Shown: piece by piece, positions 25,601 to 35,487 of the stretch
Layout: each line of letters opens with the position of its first letter
Numbering within the stretch: position 1 is the stretch's first letter
Assembly (NCBI RefSeq): GCF_001194135.2
Contig: NC_068984.1
Location: forward strand, 125,891,737-125,929,665
DNA: 37,929 nt
Reading direction: 5' to 3'
Source of the DNA: Octopus bimaculoides
Taxonomy: Eukaryota
The notes under the pieces: model-generated
The model's database searches: none
What the model saw: only the letters and a program-made list of their open reading frames with translations
What the model was told of the DNA's origin: nothing
Program-made: the position numbers and the translations under genes

Positions 25601-26280
25601 ACAGTGCAACGTCTTTGCCGCAGACGTCGTCACCACCTGCAGCCACACCTACTGTAACAACGGCAACGGCGCTACTGCAGACACCAACTGGTGCTTTGAT
25701 TACGCAAAGCATACTGCACCAACAACAACAACAACAACAGCAACAACAACAACAACAGCCACCATTACAACCACAACACCTACCAATCCATCAGACGCAC
25801 TTACCTCATATCCACCCACATCAACCACCCCCACCACAGGNNNNNNNNNNNNNNNNNNNNNNNNNNNNNNNNNNNNNNNNNNNNNNNNNNNNNNNNNNNN
25901 NNNNNNNNNNNNNNNNNNNNNNNNNNNNNNNNNNNNNNNNNNNNNNNNNNNNNNNNNNNNNNNNNNNNNNNNNNNNNNNNNNNNNNNNNNNNNNNNNNNN
26001 NNNNNNNNNNNNNNNNNNNNNNNNNNNNNNNNNNNNNNNNNNNNNNNNNNNNNNNNNNNNNNNNNNNNNNNNNNNNNNNNNNNNNNNNNNNNNNNNNNNN
26101 NNNNNNNNNNNNNNNNNNNNNNNNNNNNNNNNNNNNNNNNNNNNNNNNNNNNNNNNNNNNNNNNNNNNNNNNNNNNNNNNNNNNNNNNNNNNNNNNNNGG
26201 GGGGGGGGGGCGTGGCGTGGCGTGGCATGGCATGGCTAACCTCACCCCCTCTTAACTGGGGTGGGCAAAGGCAGTTCTAA
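10502..26280 (+). CDS. cwo: Clockwork orange-like bHLH-Orange transcriptional repressor; spliced CDS join(10502..10527,13982..14057,14906..15007,22336..22420,22986..23153,23954..>25840). The 3' end lies in or after gap 25841-26198.
   Basis: The spliced product reads ...[25 protein letters not shown]|[34 protein letters not shown]|[22 protein letters not shown].... The bHLH closely matches the Drosophila CWO bHLH as I recall it ([28 protein letters not shown]...[22 protein letters not shown]). All introns are GT-AG and phases chain without a break (2,0,0,1,1). An Orange-like helix follows. 781 codons are readable up to the gap. Confidence 0.9.
10906..10984. repeat. 79-nt hairpin (32-bp arms, 2 mismatches)
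   Basis: cagagtttcacgttcccattcgttggacagtt / aactgtccgacaaatgggaacgtgaaactctg. Confidence 0.9.
11793..12156. mobile_element. MITE/foldback element with ~105-120-bp imperfect TIRs
   Basis: cacactggttatatttcacttcagttttatta...tagtctgtcaaa...cagtctgtgacc at the left is mirrored by ggtcacagact...tttgacagacta...taataaaactgaagtgaaacataaccagtgtg at the right. Confidence 0.8.
13259..13785 (+). mobile_element. Head-to-tail SINE family B copies (~13259-13475 and ~13491-13785); partial heads also at ~14245-14360 and ~17187-17242
   Basis: Each starts ttaa(a/g)gcagtgagctggc...aaatgcttagc and continues gagttcaaattcc...tttgcctttcatcct...ggggtcgat. Confidence 0.8.
13982..14057 (+). CDS. cwo: Coding exon (S)[25 protein letters not shown], upstream of the basic region
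   Basis: Acceptor tttcAG at 13980-13981 and donor CGG|GTAGGT at 14058. It ends in phase 0 and joins the bHLH exon in frame. An LNF(A/S)T motif is recalled from the N-terminus of insect CWO. KKPK is basic and NLS-like. Confidence 0.85.
14906..15007 (+). CDS. cwo: bHLH exon 1 (basic region + helix 1): [34 protein letters not shown]
   Basis: ttacAG|GAC acceptor, CAG|GTAAAG donor, 102 nt, phase 0-0. Hes/Hey/CWO-class basic region EKRRRDRMN. Confidence 0.97.
15281..15508. mobile_element. piggyBac-type MITE (220 bp) with TTAA target duplication
   Basis: TTAA|CCCTTTAGCATT ... AATGCTAAAGGG|TTAA gives a perfect 12-bp TIR plus TTAA flanks. Decayed relatives sit near 2115-2225 and 30975-31015. Confidence 0.9.
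16253..16358. repeat. Degenerate ~28-bp minisatellite, ~4 copies (atattatgttgat...tct(g/a)cat)
   Basis: atattatgttga recurs at regular spacing. Confidence 0.75.
19324..19539. repeat. Long inverted repeat (~84-bp left arm; right arm has two insertions), (CAT)n loop
   Basis: gaatgctgccattgattagctccaagaggccatc and ctatgtgacacacaaaactgtgtcca are mirrored almost perfectly at 19425-19498. The outer tagttattgccaagctaac is mirrored at 19520-19538. Confidence 0.9.
21187..21292. repeat. Inverted repeat, 44-bp arms, 18-bp spacer
   Basis: ttaaacaagaatattgttg...gactt.gaa.ttt..gccag is mirrored by ctggcc...aagtcac...caacaatattcttgtttaa. Confidence 0.85.
22336..22420 (+). CDS. cwo: bHLH exon 2 (loop + helix 2): [28 protein letters not shown]
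   Basis: ttttacAG|GGC acceptor, G|GTATGT donor, 85 nt, phase 0-1. [10 protein letters not shown] is the group E helix-2 signature. Confidence 0.97.
22986..23153 (+). CDS. cwo: Orange-domain exon: (V)[55 protein letters not shown]
   Basis: Pyrimidine tract plus ccacAG acceptor (22984-22985), G|GTCAGT donor, 168 nt, phase 1-1. The FxxGFxEC..E..RY....GL.......R..SHL pattern is typical of Orange domains. The ORF track misses this exon. Confidence 0.93.
23182..23575 (-). mobile_element. Internally deleted RTE-clade LINE remnant (5'UTR-like part fused to ORF C-terminus)
   Basis: Minus strand 23277-23182 translates [31 protein letters not shown], preceded (frameshifted) by WNP..PR.R. This resembles the RTE RT-ORF tail (WNP.G.R.RGRP...W......AQDR..WR..V..LC). 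The upstream part resembles an RTE 5'UTR as I recall it. Confidence 0.6.
23954..26280 (+). CDS. cwo: Large terminal coding exon (low-complexity C-terminal region); the stop position is uncertain because of the gap
   Basis: ttttttgcAG|GA acceptor in phase 1 is in frame with the 742-aa ORF 24052-26280. The frame is open for 1887 nt up to the gap. It contains [12 protein letters not shown] (24376-24411), [15 protein letters not shown] (24910-24954) and HPISILVNF (25024-25050), which resemble CWO C-terminal blocks as I recall them. Confidence 0.88.
24484..24738 (+). repeat. Coding tandem repeat: 14 x H-G/S-H/Y-D/E-K-type pentapeptide (15 bp) interspersed with 5 x H-D/E-K (9 bp)
   Basis: Direct translation: [85 protein letters not shown]. 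That is 85 aa with 25 His. Confidence 0.97.
25273..25758 (+). repeat. Coding homopolymer tracts: N8 (25273-25296), N9 (25456-25482), Q13 (25720-25758), with Ser/Ala runs
   Basis: (AAC/AAT)n and (CAA/CAG)n triplets are in frame with the terminal exon. Confidence 0.95.
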
Positions 26281-26673
26281 TACAGGGATGAGAATCCTCT
26301 AAAATTGTCTGACAGTAAAAACATCCACCCACTCTGGTTACATTAGCTCATACTTAAAGCTCCCCCCCTCCTGGCCTCACCCTGCCCTCCCAACATTTGA
26401 CTACATGTCACTGAGGGAGGTGGTGACAGTGGTGGTGGAGTAGCATAACATGTTACTCTATGAGCAATGTCTCCTATCCCCTCGTGACACTTGTTGTGTG
26501 CTTGTGAGTTAGGACAGGTGTGGGGGAGGGTGAAATTTCCTGTGGATTGCATGGTGGATCCTGGTGGTATGATGGGAAAAGAGGGTTGGGTTTTTTTTCT
26601 GGGTAAGTTTGGGGACTACCATCACCAACAAAAACAAGAAATATGATAAACAAATGAGGGAACTTCTATGTCA

Positions 26674-27656
26674 TTGTTCGACCTGCTAGAAATAGGAGCT
26701 GAATTCCCTCAAATCACACCCTACCAATTTGAAATAGAGAAAGGAGACGTTAAACAAAGTAATCCTACTTACCTCTTAAAAGATGGAATGGGTACAGCCG
26801 GAACGGCTTGCTCAATCCGGTCCAAGAAGTACAAGTCAATGAGGGAGCAAGCCACCACGTGGCTGCTTGAACTGCTAAAAATTGCAACCAAGTCTTTCAC
26901 AAAGACACCCCTAACATTTTAAAATGGGAAGGATGCAGTGGATAAATATGGTCCTGAATAAAAGATAGGATGAATGGTTACAGCTGGAATACCTGACCTT
27001 AGGCGCAACAGCAACAACAAATGTATTTTAAGTAAGAAAGCTATGATTGTCATGAACCATATCGGCCTCCACTAATAACACTCCAACAACAACAAAATCA
27101 ACAGCAATGCTAGTATCACCAATGAAATAGCACTACCATACTAGAAAGCTTGTATGTAGTTGCTTGATCTGCAAGAAATAGCAGCCAAATTTTCCTCAAA
27201 TCTACACCATACTGAGAGGTAATATTTACCCTCACTTAAACATGGACGTTCTATAAGAACAAACTATACTGTGGTAATTACCATGGGAAAAACTCTTGGC
27301 TTTTTGGTGCAAAATGCATGCTTGTTTATATCGCTAGTGGGGGAGATAAACCCCTGCTTCCTCCAGCACCAAGATCACTAGATCACGTGATTTCGACCTT
27401 GTTTAGTCTTGTCAGTGATAGACACTCAACCACTAGAGTCAACAGTGATTCATCTCCCTGACAGTGATATATAGATGGACAGTGCCAGAACTGGTGCTGA
27501 TGTGATGTTTAGCCAGGTAGCTTAAGAAAAGGATACATTATATGATGTAGTTCTCCTGGATATTCCTCAAAAAGGTAGAATTATAATGGCTGAAATGCAT
27601 TTGATCATAGGTCAGATCAGTTAGGTCTGATCTACTTGGGGTTAAACAACAACAAC
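26674..27656. mobile_element. Cluster of fragments of one short repeat family (tgcttga.ctgctagaaatagcagccaaat..ccctcaaatcacacc); relatives at ~37389-37430 and ~37530-37590
   Basis: The block recurs at ~26674, ~26860 and ~27160, and a ...gatcataggtc...ggggttaaacaacaacaac end sits at ~27600-27656. Confidence 0.55.
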
Positions 27657-27869
27657 TACTACCATTACTACTACTACTATTACATCACCACACAACAATA
27701 ACAATTACACTTCATCAACTGAAGTACAAAGTCTGTGATTTGACCTCTTTCAAACTATTAAAAGAACTTCTTGTTGCCATGACAGTGACAAGAAGAATAT
27801 TTTCTGTGGGATGTACATGTGGAGTTTGGGGGAATGTCACACACATACACACACACATATTAATACATG

Positions 27870-27900
<31 letters not shown>

Positions 27901-29015
27901 GAACACATATATGTATGAATGTATATATATATATAATGTGATGTAATGTATATAAATATATATATATATACACACACACATATACATACTTATATATAAA
28001 AACACATACACATATGCACACTTATTTGCACACCCACACACATATATACAGTGAAGGATTTTTTTTTTTTTTTTTTTTTTTNNNNNNNNNNNNNNNNNNN
28101 NNNNNNNNNNNNNNNNNNNNNNNNNNNNNNNNNNNNNNNNNNNNNNNNNNNNNNNNNNNNNNNNNNNNNNNNNNNNNNNNNNNNNNNNNNNNNNNNNNNN
28201 NNNNNNNNNNNNNNNNNNNNNNNNNNNNNNNNNNNNNNNNNNNNNNNNNNNNNNNNNNNNNNNNNNNNNNNNNNNNNNNNNNNNNNNNNNNNNNNNNNNN
28301 NNNNNNNNNNNNNNNNNNNNNNNNNNNNNNNNNNNNNNNNNNNNNNNNNNNNNNNNNNNNNNNNNNNNNNNNNNNNNNNNNNNNNNNNNNNNNNNNNNNN
28401 NNNNNNNNNNNNNNNNNNNNNNNNNNNNNNNNNNNNNNNNNNNNNNNNNNNNNNNNNNNNNNNNNNNNNNNNNNNNNNNNNNNNNNNNNNNNNNNNNNNN
28501 NNNNNNNNNNNNNNNNNNNNNNNNNNNNNNNNNNNNNNNNNNNNNNNNNNNNNNNNNNNNNNNNNNNNNNNNNNNNNNNNNNNNNNNNNNNNNNNNNNNN
28601 NNNNNNNNNNNNNNNNNNNNNNNNNNNNNNNNNNNNNNNNNNNNNNNNNNNNNNNNNNNNNNNNNNNNNNNNNNNNNNNNNNNNNNNNNNNNNNNNNNNN
28701 NNNNNNNNNNNNNNNNNNNNNNNNNNNNNNNNNNNNNNNNNNNNNNNNNNNNNNNNNNNNNNNNNNNNNNNNNNNNNNNNNNNNNNNNNNNNNNNNNNNN
28801 NNNNNNNNNNNNNNNNNNNNNNNNNNNNNNNNNNNNNNNNNNNNNNNNNNNNNNNNNNNNNNNNNNNNNNNNNNNNNNNNNNNNNNNNNNNNNNNNNNNN
28901 NNNNNNNNNNNNNNNNNNNNNNNNNNNNNNNNNNNNNNNNNNNNNNNNNNNNNNNNNNNNNNNNNNNNNNNNNNNNNNNNNNNNNNNNNNNNNNNNNNNN
29001 NNNNNNNNNNNNNNN

Positions 29016-29276
29016 GTGCGGGTGGCACATAGAATACACCATTTTGAGCATGGCCGTTGCCAGTACCGCCTGACTGGCCTTCGTGTGGGTGGCACGTAAA
29101 AGCACCCACTACACTCTCTGAGTGGTTGGCGTTAGGAAGGGCATCCAGCTGTAGAAACTCTGCCAAATCAGATTGGAGCCTGGTGTAGCCATCTGGTTTC
29201 ACCAGTCCTCAGTCAAATCATCCAACCCATGCTAGCATGGAAAGCAGACGTTAAACGACGATGATGATGATGATGG
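29016..29276 (+). mobile_element. (GAT)n-tailed interspersed repeat, probably a non-LTR retroelement 3' end; other copies ~14605-14825 (+) and ~18937-19093 (-)
   Basis: Shared ggcgttaggaagggcatccagctgtagaaac...tccaacccatgctagcatggaaa...gacgttaaa(c/t)gatgatgat. 18937-19093 is a close reverse complement. Confidence 0.8.
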
Positions 29277-30070
29277 TATATATATATAGTCAACAGGTGA
29301 GATCCAGAGGTTCTTGCTCAAATGATTCAAACTTAGACGCTGATGTCTTTACGAGGGACCAATTTCATGAAGTAAAGAGTGGTTATAAGAGGAACCAAGG
29401 TGAGCAGATATGGAAGCAATTATGCAGATAAACAGATTAAATATAACTGCTTGAGTTTGATGTACAAAATGTGTGTGTGTGTGTGTGTGTGTACATGCAA
29501 ACAGAAAGGAAGCAAAGACCAAAGACATTCAGATGATGAATATTCAAGTATAAGTACACAGATATTTATATTAATAGATTCAATTGACACAGAGAAAATT
29601 AAAGGAGAAGAGGTAAGGTGTTATAAGCCCAACAGCTGTTTCTGGGGGCTCAGAAATACATCATAATGGTAGATGTAGTTGACCATAATATGCAGTCAGT
29701 AATGGAAGCAAATAAACATTGAATAAATCAAGCCTCCATCATCTGGGTAGAATTATATATATATATATATATATGACTTTAACGTCCACTTTACTATGCT
29801 TGCCTGGATCAGATACAATTCATTGAGGCAGATTTTCCATGGTTGAATGTTTTTCTTGTTGCCAACCCTCACTCTTGTAAATATATATATATACACACAC
29901 ACATACATATTTACATTTGAACATATATACAAACACACGTACACATTTTATGTGTGTGTGTGTGTGAATATGTATGTATGTATGTGTGTATATATATATA
30001 TGTGTGTGTGTGTATAAATATATATGTATGTGTATATATATATATTTATATATAATAAAAAATATATTAT

Positions 30071-30969
30071 ATATATACATGCATATATGGGTACAGGATG
30101 TCACCAGTAGTACAAATAACAGGAAATATGTAAACAAACGAGGGAAAAACAAGTGAAATACGTGAACAATGAGAAAAATGGAAAATAGGACAAGTAAACA
30201 CAGAGAAAAGACCCTTCATCAGTTGTCAGCTGTCAATCTACTCCTCATTCCGAGCATTCAATGACAATATGAGACTTCAAAAACAGTTGCTCCCATAAAT
30301 TCTAAAATAAAATTTAGGATTTATGTTTGGTTGGTGGGGGGGGGGGATGTTGGGAACAAAGAAATGATAGTGGAGACATACAAGGAAACCAAACAAAAAC
30401 AAACATGGAGGGTTGTTAGACTAGAATGAGAGGAAAATAGTGAATGGTGGGAGAAACATTTTTTAGAGAAGAGAAAACATGTCTGTTCCTTTAAACATCC
30501 ATGCAGAAAAAGAAAGATGGACGGTGGTCATGTGTGAGCAATGAGAGAGAAAAGGAAAAAGGAGAGAGAGAGAGAAAGACACAAAAAAAACAATGAAGGA
30601 GGAAAGGGAGAAAAAGGGAATTAGAGAAGGATGGAGGAAGAAAATAGCATAGAGTAGAGAGTCACATCAAAAAGGTGAAGATAAACAGACTTGGAAATGG
30701 ATGTCTTATGTTCAATTAAATAATAAAAAAATAATATAATATATATATATATATACACATGCATATATGGGCACAGGACATCACCAGCAGTGCAAATAAC
30801 ATGAAATATGTAAACAAACGAGGGAAAAGTGAGTGAAATACGTGAACAAGAAAAAATGGAAAACCAGACAAGTAAACACACAGAAAAGACCCTTCATCAG
30901 TTGTCAGCTGTCTTTCTACTCCTCATTTTGAGCATTCAACAACAATATGAGTCTTCAAAGACAGTTGCT
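30071..30969 (+). repeat. Direct repeat pair, ~220 bp each (30071-30291 and 30751-30969), with purine-rich spacer
   Basis: Both read gcatatatggg.acagga..tcaccag.ag..caaataaca.gaaatatgtaaacaaacgagggaaaa...aaaagacccttcatcagttgtcagctgtc...acagttgct. Confidence 0.9.
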
Positions 30970-31105
30970 AGGATTTAGAGCCAGATATGGCTGATATAAA
31001 TGCTATCAGGTTAAAGCAAACTGGTGAAAAGTAGACATGTTTTGACCTCCTCAAGCAAAACATTCTATCCATAACAAGAAAAAAAAAAAGACAAGAAAAG
31101 ACATA

Positions 31106-31499
31106 GGCGCAGGAGTGGCTGTGCGGTAAGTAGCTTGCTTACCAANNNNNNNNNNCAAGTGTCTTCTACTATAGCCTCGGGCTGACCAAAGCCTTGTGAG
31201 TGGATTTGGTAGACGGAAACTGAAAGAAACTTGTCGTATATATGTATATGTATATATATATATATACGTGTGTGTGTGTGTGTGTGTGTCCGTTTGTCCC
31301 CCCAACATCGCTTGACAACCAATGCTGGTGTGTTTACGTCCCCGTAACTTAGCGGTTCGGCAAAAGAGACCGATAGAATAAGTACTAGGCTTACAAAGAA
31401 TAAGTCCTGGGGTCGATTTGCTCGACTAAAGGTGGTGCTCTGGCATGGCCGCAGTCAAATGACTGAAACAACTAAAAGAGTAAAAGAGAGAAAAGAGAG
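31106..31499 (+). mobile_element. Near-complete tRNA-headed SINE (family A), interrupted by a 10-N gap
   Basis: Head ggcgcaggagtggctgtgcggtaagtagcttgct, then the body, an internal (TA)n(TG)n tract and a (aaagagt)n-like tail. It is highly similar to 32925-33270. Confidence 0.85.
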
Positions 31500-32159
31500 A
31501 GTAGGAGATAAATCCAATGTGATTTGGTCTTCAAAAGCCAATAGTGAAAGCAAAGGACACACTTCTGTATTATGAAACTTTCTCAACAAAGCATTTTCTG
31601 TGAATCCTGCTCCCTTGTCTAGTTTTATCTCACTGAGAAATAAACTAAAATGACTTACGAGTCCAAAAATCTGACAAGATGACCTGTCGCAGTAAAAATT
31701 CATTAGTAAAGTTCACTAAATCAAAGAAGATCATGTCTTTTAATGCTTCAAATGGCTTTGCTCATGACACAGAAACTAATTTATTTTTGCCAATTTTGTG
31801 GGAAAAAGAAACAGGCCTCGCTATCTACTTTATGGTTGAGCGCTTATTATTAGGAAGGACATCATTCAGCTGTAAAACCAAATGATGTTATGAATAAAAT
31901 ATCATCTCGTCCTGGCAGTTATGGGCAAATGGATGGGAAAAGACATTTTCTACCTACCCTTATATTCTGTACACTAAGTTATAACTTTTAATACCTGTCT
32001 TCTATGCTGTCCATCTACACAATGAAGCAGCTATTAACAGCTTCAGATTTCTCAAGGTTTTCTATCAACTCTGTTATATGTTTACACCAGGGAGTATCTA
32101 TTAAAAGTGGTTAATATCTCTAGGTGTAGACATATAACATAGTTGATATAAGATGTCAT

Positions 32160-32388
32160 TGGTTGTGTGATAAGAAGCTTGCTTCCCAACCACATGGTTC
32201 TGGGTTCAGTCCCACTGTGTGGTACCTTGGGCATGTGTCTTCTACTATAGTCTCAGGTATGTGTGTGTGTGTGTGTGTATTCCTCGGAAACAGGTAAGAG
32301 TCGGTATTAAAAAGAGTACTGCCTGTAGAAAAATCTGTATGACCCCTGCAAGCATGAAAAAATGGATCTTTAAGTTATGATGATGATA
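32160..32388 (+). mobile_element. SINE family A head (B-box ggttcagtccc) joined via (GT)n to a degenerate (GAT)n-tailed 3' end
   Basis: tggttgtgtgataagaagcttgcttcccaaccacatggttctgggttcagtcccactg...gcaagcatgaaaaaatggat...tgatgatgat. Confidence 0.65.
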
Positions 32389-32401
32389 TATAGATAAATA
32401 G

Positions 32402-32435
<34 letters not shown>

Positions 32436-32924
32436 NNNNNNNNNNNNNNNNNNNNNNNNNNNNNNNNNNNNNNNNNNNNNNNNNNNNNNNNNNNNNNNNN
32501 NNNNNNNNNNNNNNNNNNNNNNNNNNNNNNNNNNNNNNNNNNNNNNNNNNNNNNNNNNNNNNNNNNNNNNNNNNNNNNNNNNNNNNNNNNNNNNNNNNNN
32601 NNNNNNNNNNNNNNNNNNNNNNNNNNNNNNNNNNNNNNNNNNNNNNNNNNNNNNNNNNNNNNNNNNNNNNNNNNNNNNNNNNNNNNNNNNNNNNNNNNNN
32701 NNNNNNNNNNNNNNNNNNNNNNNNNNNNNNNNNNNNNNNNNNNNNNNNNNNNNNNNNNNNNNNNNNNNNNNNNNNNNNNNNNNNNNNNNNNNNNNNNNNN
32801 NNNNNNNNNNNNNNNNNNNNNNNNNNNNNNNNNNNNNNNNNNNNNNNNNNNNNNNNNNNNNNNNNNNNNNNNNNNNNNNNNNNNNNNNNNNNNNNNNNNN
32901 NNNNNNNNNNNNNNNNNNNNNNNN

Positions 32925-33017
32925 GCACCTTAGGCAAGTGTCTTCTACTATAGCCTCGGGCTGACCAAAGCCTTGTGAGTGGATTTGGTAGACGGAAACT
33001 GAAAGAAGCCCGTCGTA

Positions 33018-33064
<47 letters not shown>

Positions 33065-33270
33065 CTGTGTTTGTTCCCCCCACCATCGCTTGACAACCGA
33101 TGGTGGTGTGTTTATGTCCCCCGTAACTTAGCGGTTCGGCAAAAGAGACCGATAGAATAAGTGCTAGGCTTACAAAGAATAAGTCCTGGGGTCGATTTGT
33201 TCGACTAAAGGCGGTGCTCCAGCATGGCCACAGTCAAATGACTGAAACAAGTAAAAGAGTAAAAGAGTAA
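32925..33270 (+). mobile_element. SINE family A copy (5' end in gap)
   Basis: Long near-identical match to 31156-31495. Confidence 0.85.
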
Positions 33271-34351
33271 TATATATATATATAAAGAGGGAGAGAGAGA
33301 GATGTATATATACTTTTTGTTTATTATATGTAGGGAAGTAAATTTGTGAGCTTGCATGGTCTCCCCCATCTCACCTCCAAAACCAATATATAAAAGAACA
33401 TTTCTATCAACAAAAGACATGTATTAACATTAACACCACCACCCCAGACACACACCTAAAACAAGAAAATTACTAAAAGAAAGGACTTGGAAGAATATCT
33501 GGCCATTATATTTCCTCACTAAAGGTCAACTATTCAAATAGCTTCATAAAAGTATCTTGTTTTGACCATTCACCATTTTCTTTCAATACTCTTTCACTCC
33601 CACACTGATTCACAATCTCCCCACCCCACCCCCATACACACCCAAATCCCATATATAGAATCACAAAACCCCAAACCCTCAGATCTGTTTTTCTCCAGAA
33701 AAGTTAGCAAGGAATTTTTTTTTCAAAAATCTCCCATCCAAGTTAACGAAGAATTTACTAGATCTACGAACTAAAGTGTAAAATTTATATTATTAAAAAA
33801 TGTTAAAATAATAAATTAAACTGATTAGAACTGTCAGTGGAGTCATTCTTTTTCTTTTTTCAAATATATATATATATATATATTGTTGTATTTCGGGACA
33901 GTCATTTTTTTCATTTTTTTTTCTTTTTGCCAAATAAACATACACATTATATATTTTTTCTTCACTCGTTTTAAAAAAGAATAATAGAATAAAAATAATA
34001 ATAATAAACGAGTCAAGAAAAAAATATATATAGGGTGTTTATTTNNNNNNNNNNNNNNNNNNNNNNNNNNNNNNNNNNNNNNNNNNNNNNNNNNNNNNNN
34101 NNNNNNNNNNNNNNNNNNNNNNNNNNNNNNNNNNNAAAATACGAAATACAATATCTGTTTCAACACACGATTTCACATCAGGAATCTTGCAAAATGAATA
34201 CACACACACACACGCACGCACGCACATACACACACACACACACATATATGTATGTATTCCGTTTGAACATGTGTGTATACGCCTATATAGTTTATATCTA
34301 TATTATCTCATTCTTTTAATCGTCATCATCAATATTTCCGTGTTAAGGAAA

Positions 34352-34420
34352 CAGTCCAGTTCACTCCAGTCAAGTCTAGATCACTTCAGTCAAGTCCGGT
34401 TCACTCCAGTCTAGTCCGGT
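34352..34420. repeat. 20-bp minisatellite, ~3.5 copies (tcactccagtcaagtccggt)
   Basis: Visible directly in 10-base register. Confidence 0.85.
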
Positions 34421-35487
34421 CCGTGTATCTCAGTTCACTCCCATTCATCAGCTTTGAAACGTAAATCCTACAATAATACATTTCCATAAGTTGCCTCCCT
34501 TACTTCATAAATCGCATTAAATAACAAAGTTATCTCCCCTGTTATGTCATTCGTGAAAACAACTTGTCGAGATAACAGAATATTTCAACAAATGCAAAAC
34601 AATATCGACCGTCTTACGAAGTGGCATAATACAGTAGTCCCCGATCACTTTTGCACCCTGGACCGGTTCTATGCAAGACAATCCTTCCGCTGACAAGGGG
34701 ATCATATGCATAACAAAATACAATTGAGTGGATAATATATAATCTCATTATTACATAAATAATACGTGTATAATACATATATGTTATAAAACAGTATTGC
34801 CTCGATACACGAGTTAATTTATCCTTGGAGACCGCTTGTAAAGCGAAAACTCGTAAAGCAAAGCGTTGTAGCAATATTATAAATCGTAATTCGTTCCCGG
34901 AAAAATCTATAAAATCCATAAAATCTATAATACTCGTAAATAAACGGCAATAAAACAACAGTAGAATGTAAAGAATATTTTATGTAAAGTAAAAAGAATG
35001 ACAAGATCATTTATAATAAATATTTTATTATAATCGTTTTCTGAATCAATTTCACTCGCACTATACTCGCGCACACCATCACGTGTAGACGCGATGGCCA
35101 ATTCACAAGCACTCGTAGACGGATTTGTAGATTTCTTTTTAAAAAAACAAGTCTAGTGTTGTTTGCTAAGATTTTTTGGGTTTTTTTTTTGCTTTCTATA
35201 AATTTCTCGAGAGCACGCAGAAGTATTTGCTATGATAGAAGAAACTATTGCAACGTTGCCACACGCACAAAATGGCTGTTTAACCATTTTAGATTTATTA
35301 TGAAATAAAAATGGTAAACTCGGGTTCTCGTAAAGTGGATCCTCGTAAAGTGAGCTATTACTGTATAATACATATACAATGCAAAATTACCTTAAGGAAT
35401 GCGATAATCAATAAAACAAATAAAATTTTAAAAGTTTATATGATCGAAACCCCGGCACTGGATCGTGGCCCGTAGGTTGGGGATTCC

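Noticed and set aside
24226-25712. Antisense and alternate-frame ORFs (Met-rich 168 aa, 122-164 aa) overlapping the terminal exon
   Set aside because: They are shadows of the coding tandem repeat and triplet tracts, with no independent signal.
26668-26922. 84-aa ORF MSLFDLLEIG...
   Set aside because: It is built from two fragments of a dispersed repeat family and has no recognisable domain.
27715-29202. Long ORFs of 200-495 aa spanning N-runs (also at 4388, 7141, 21365, 32245, 37004)
   Set aside because: Their length is made of X from assembly gaps, and the flanks are repeats.
31106-31180. tRNA-like heads with A/B-box motifs (also 1174, 32160, 37661)
   Set aside because: No complete cloverleaf is present and each continues into a SINE body, so they are not tRNA genes.
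31500-32150. Non-repetitive-looking stretch, tested by eye for transposase/RT/helicase remnants
   Set aside because: The frames I translated have multiple stops and no motif I can identify confidently. A tBLASTx search would be needed.
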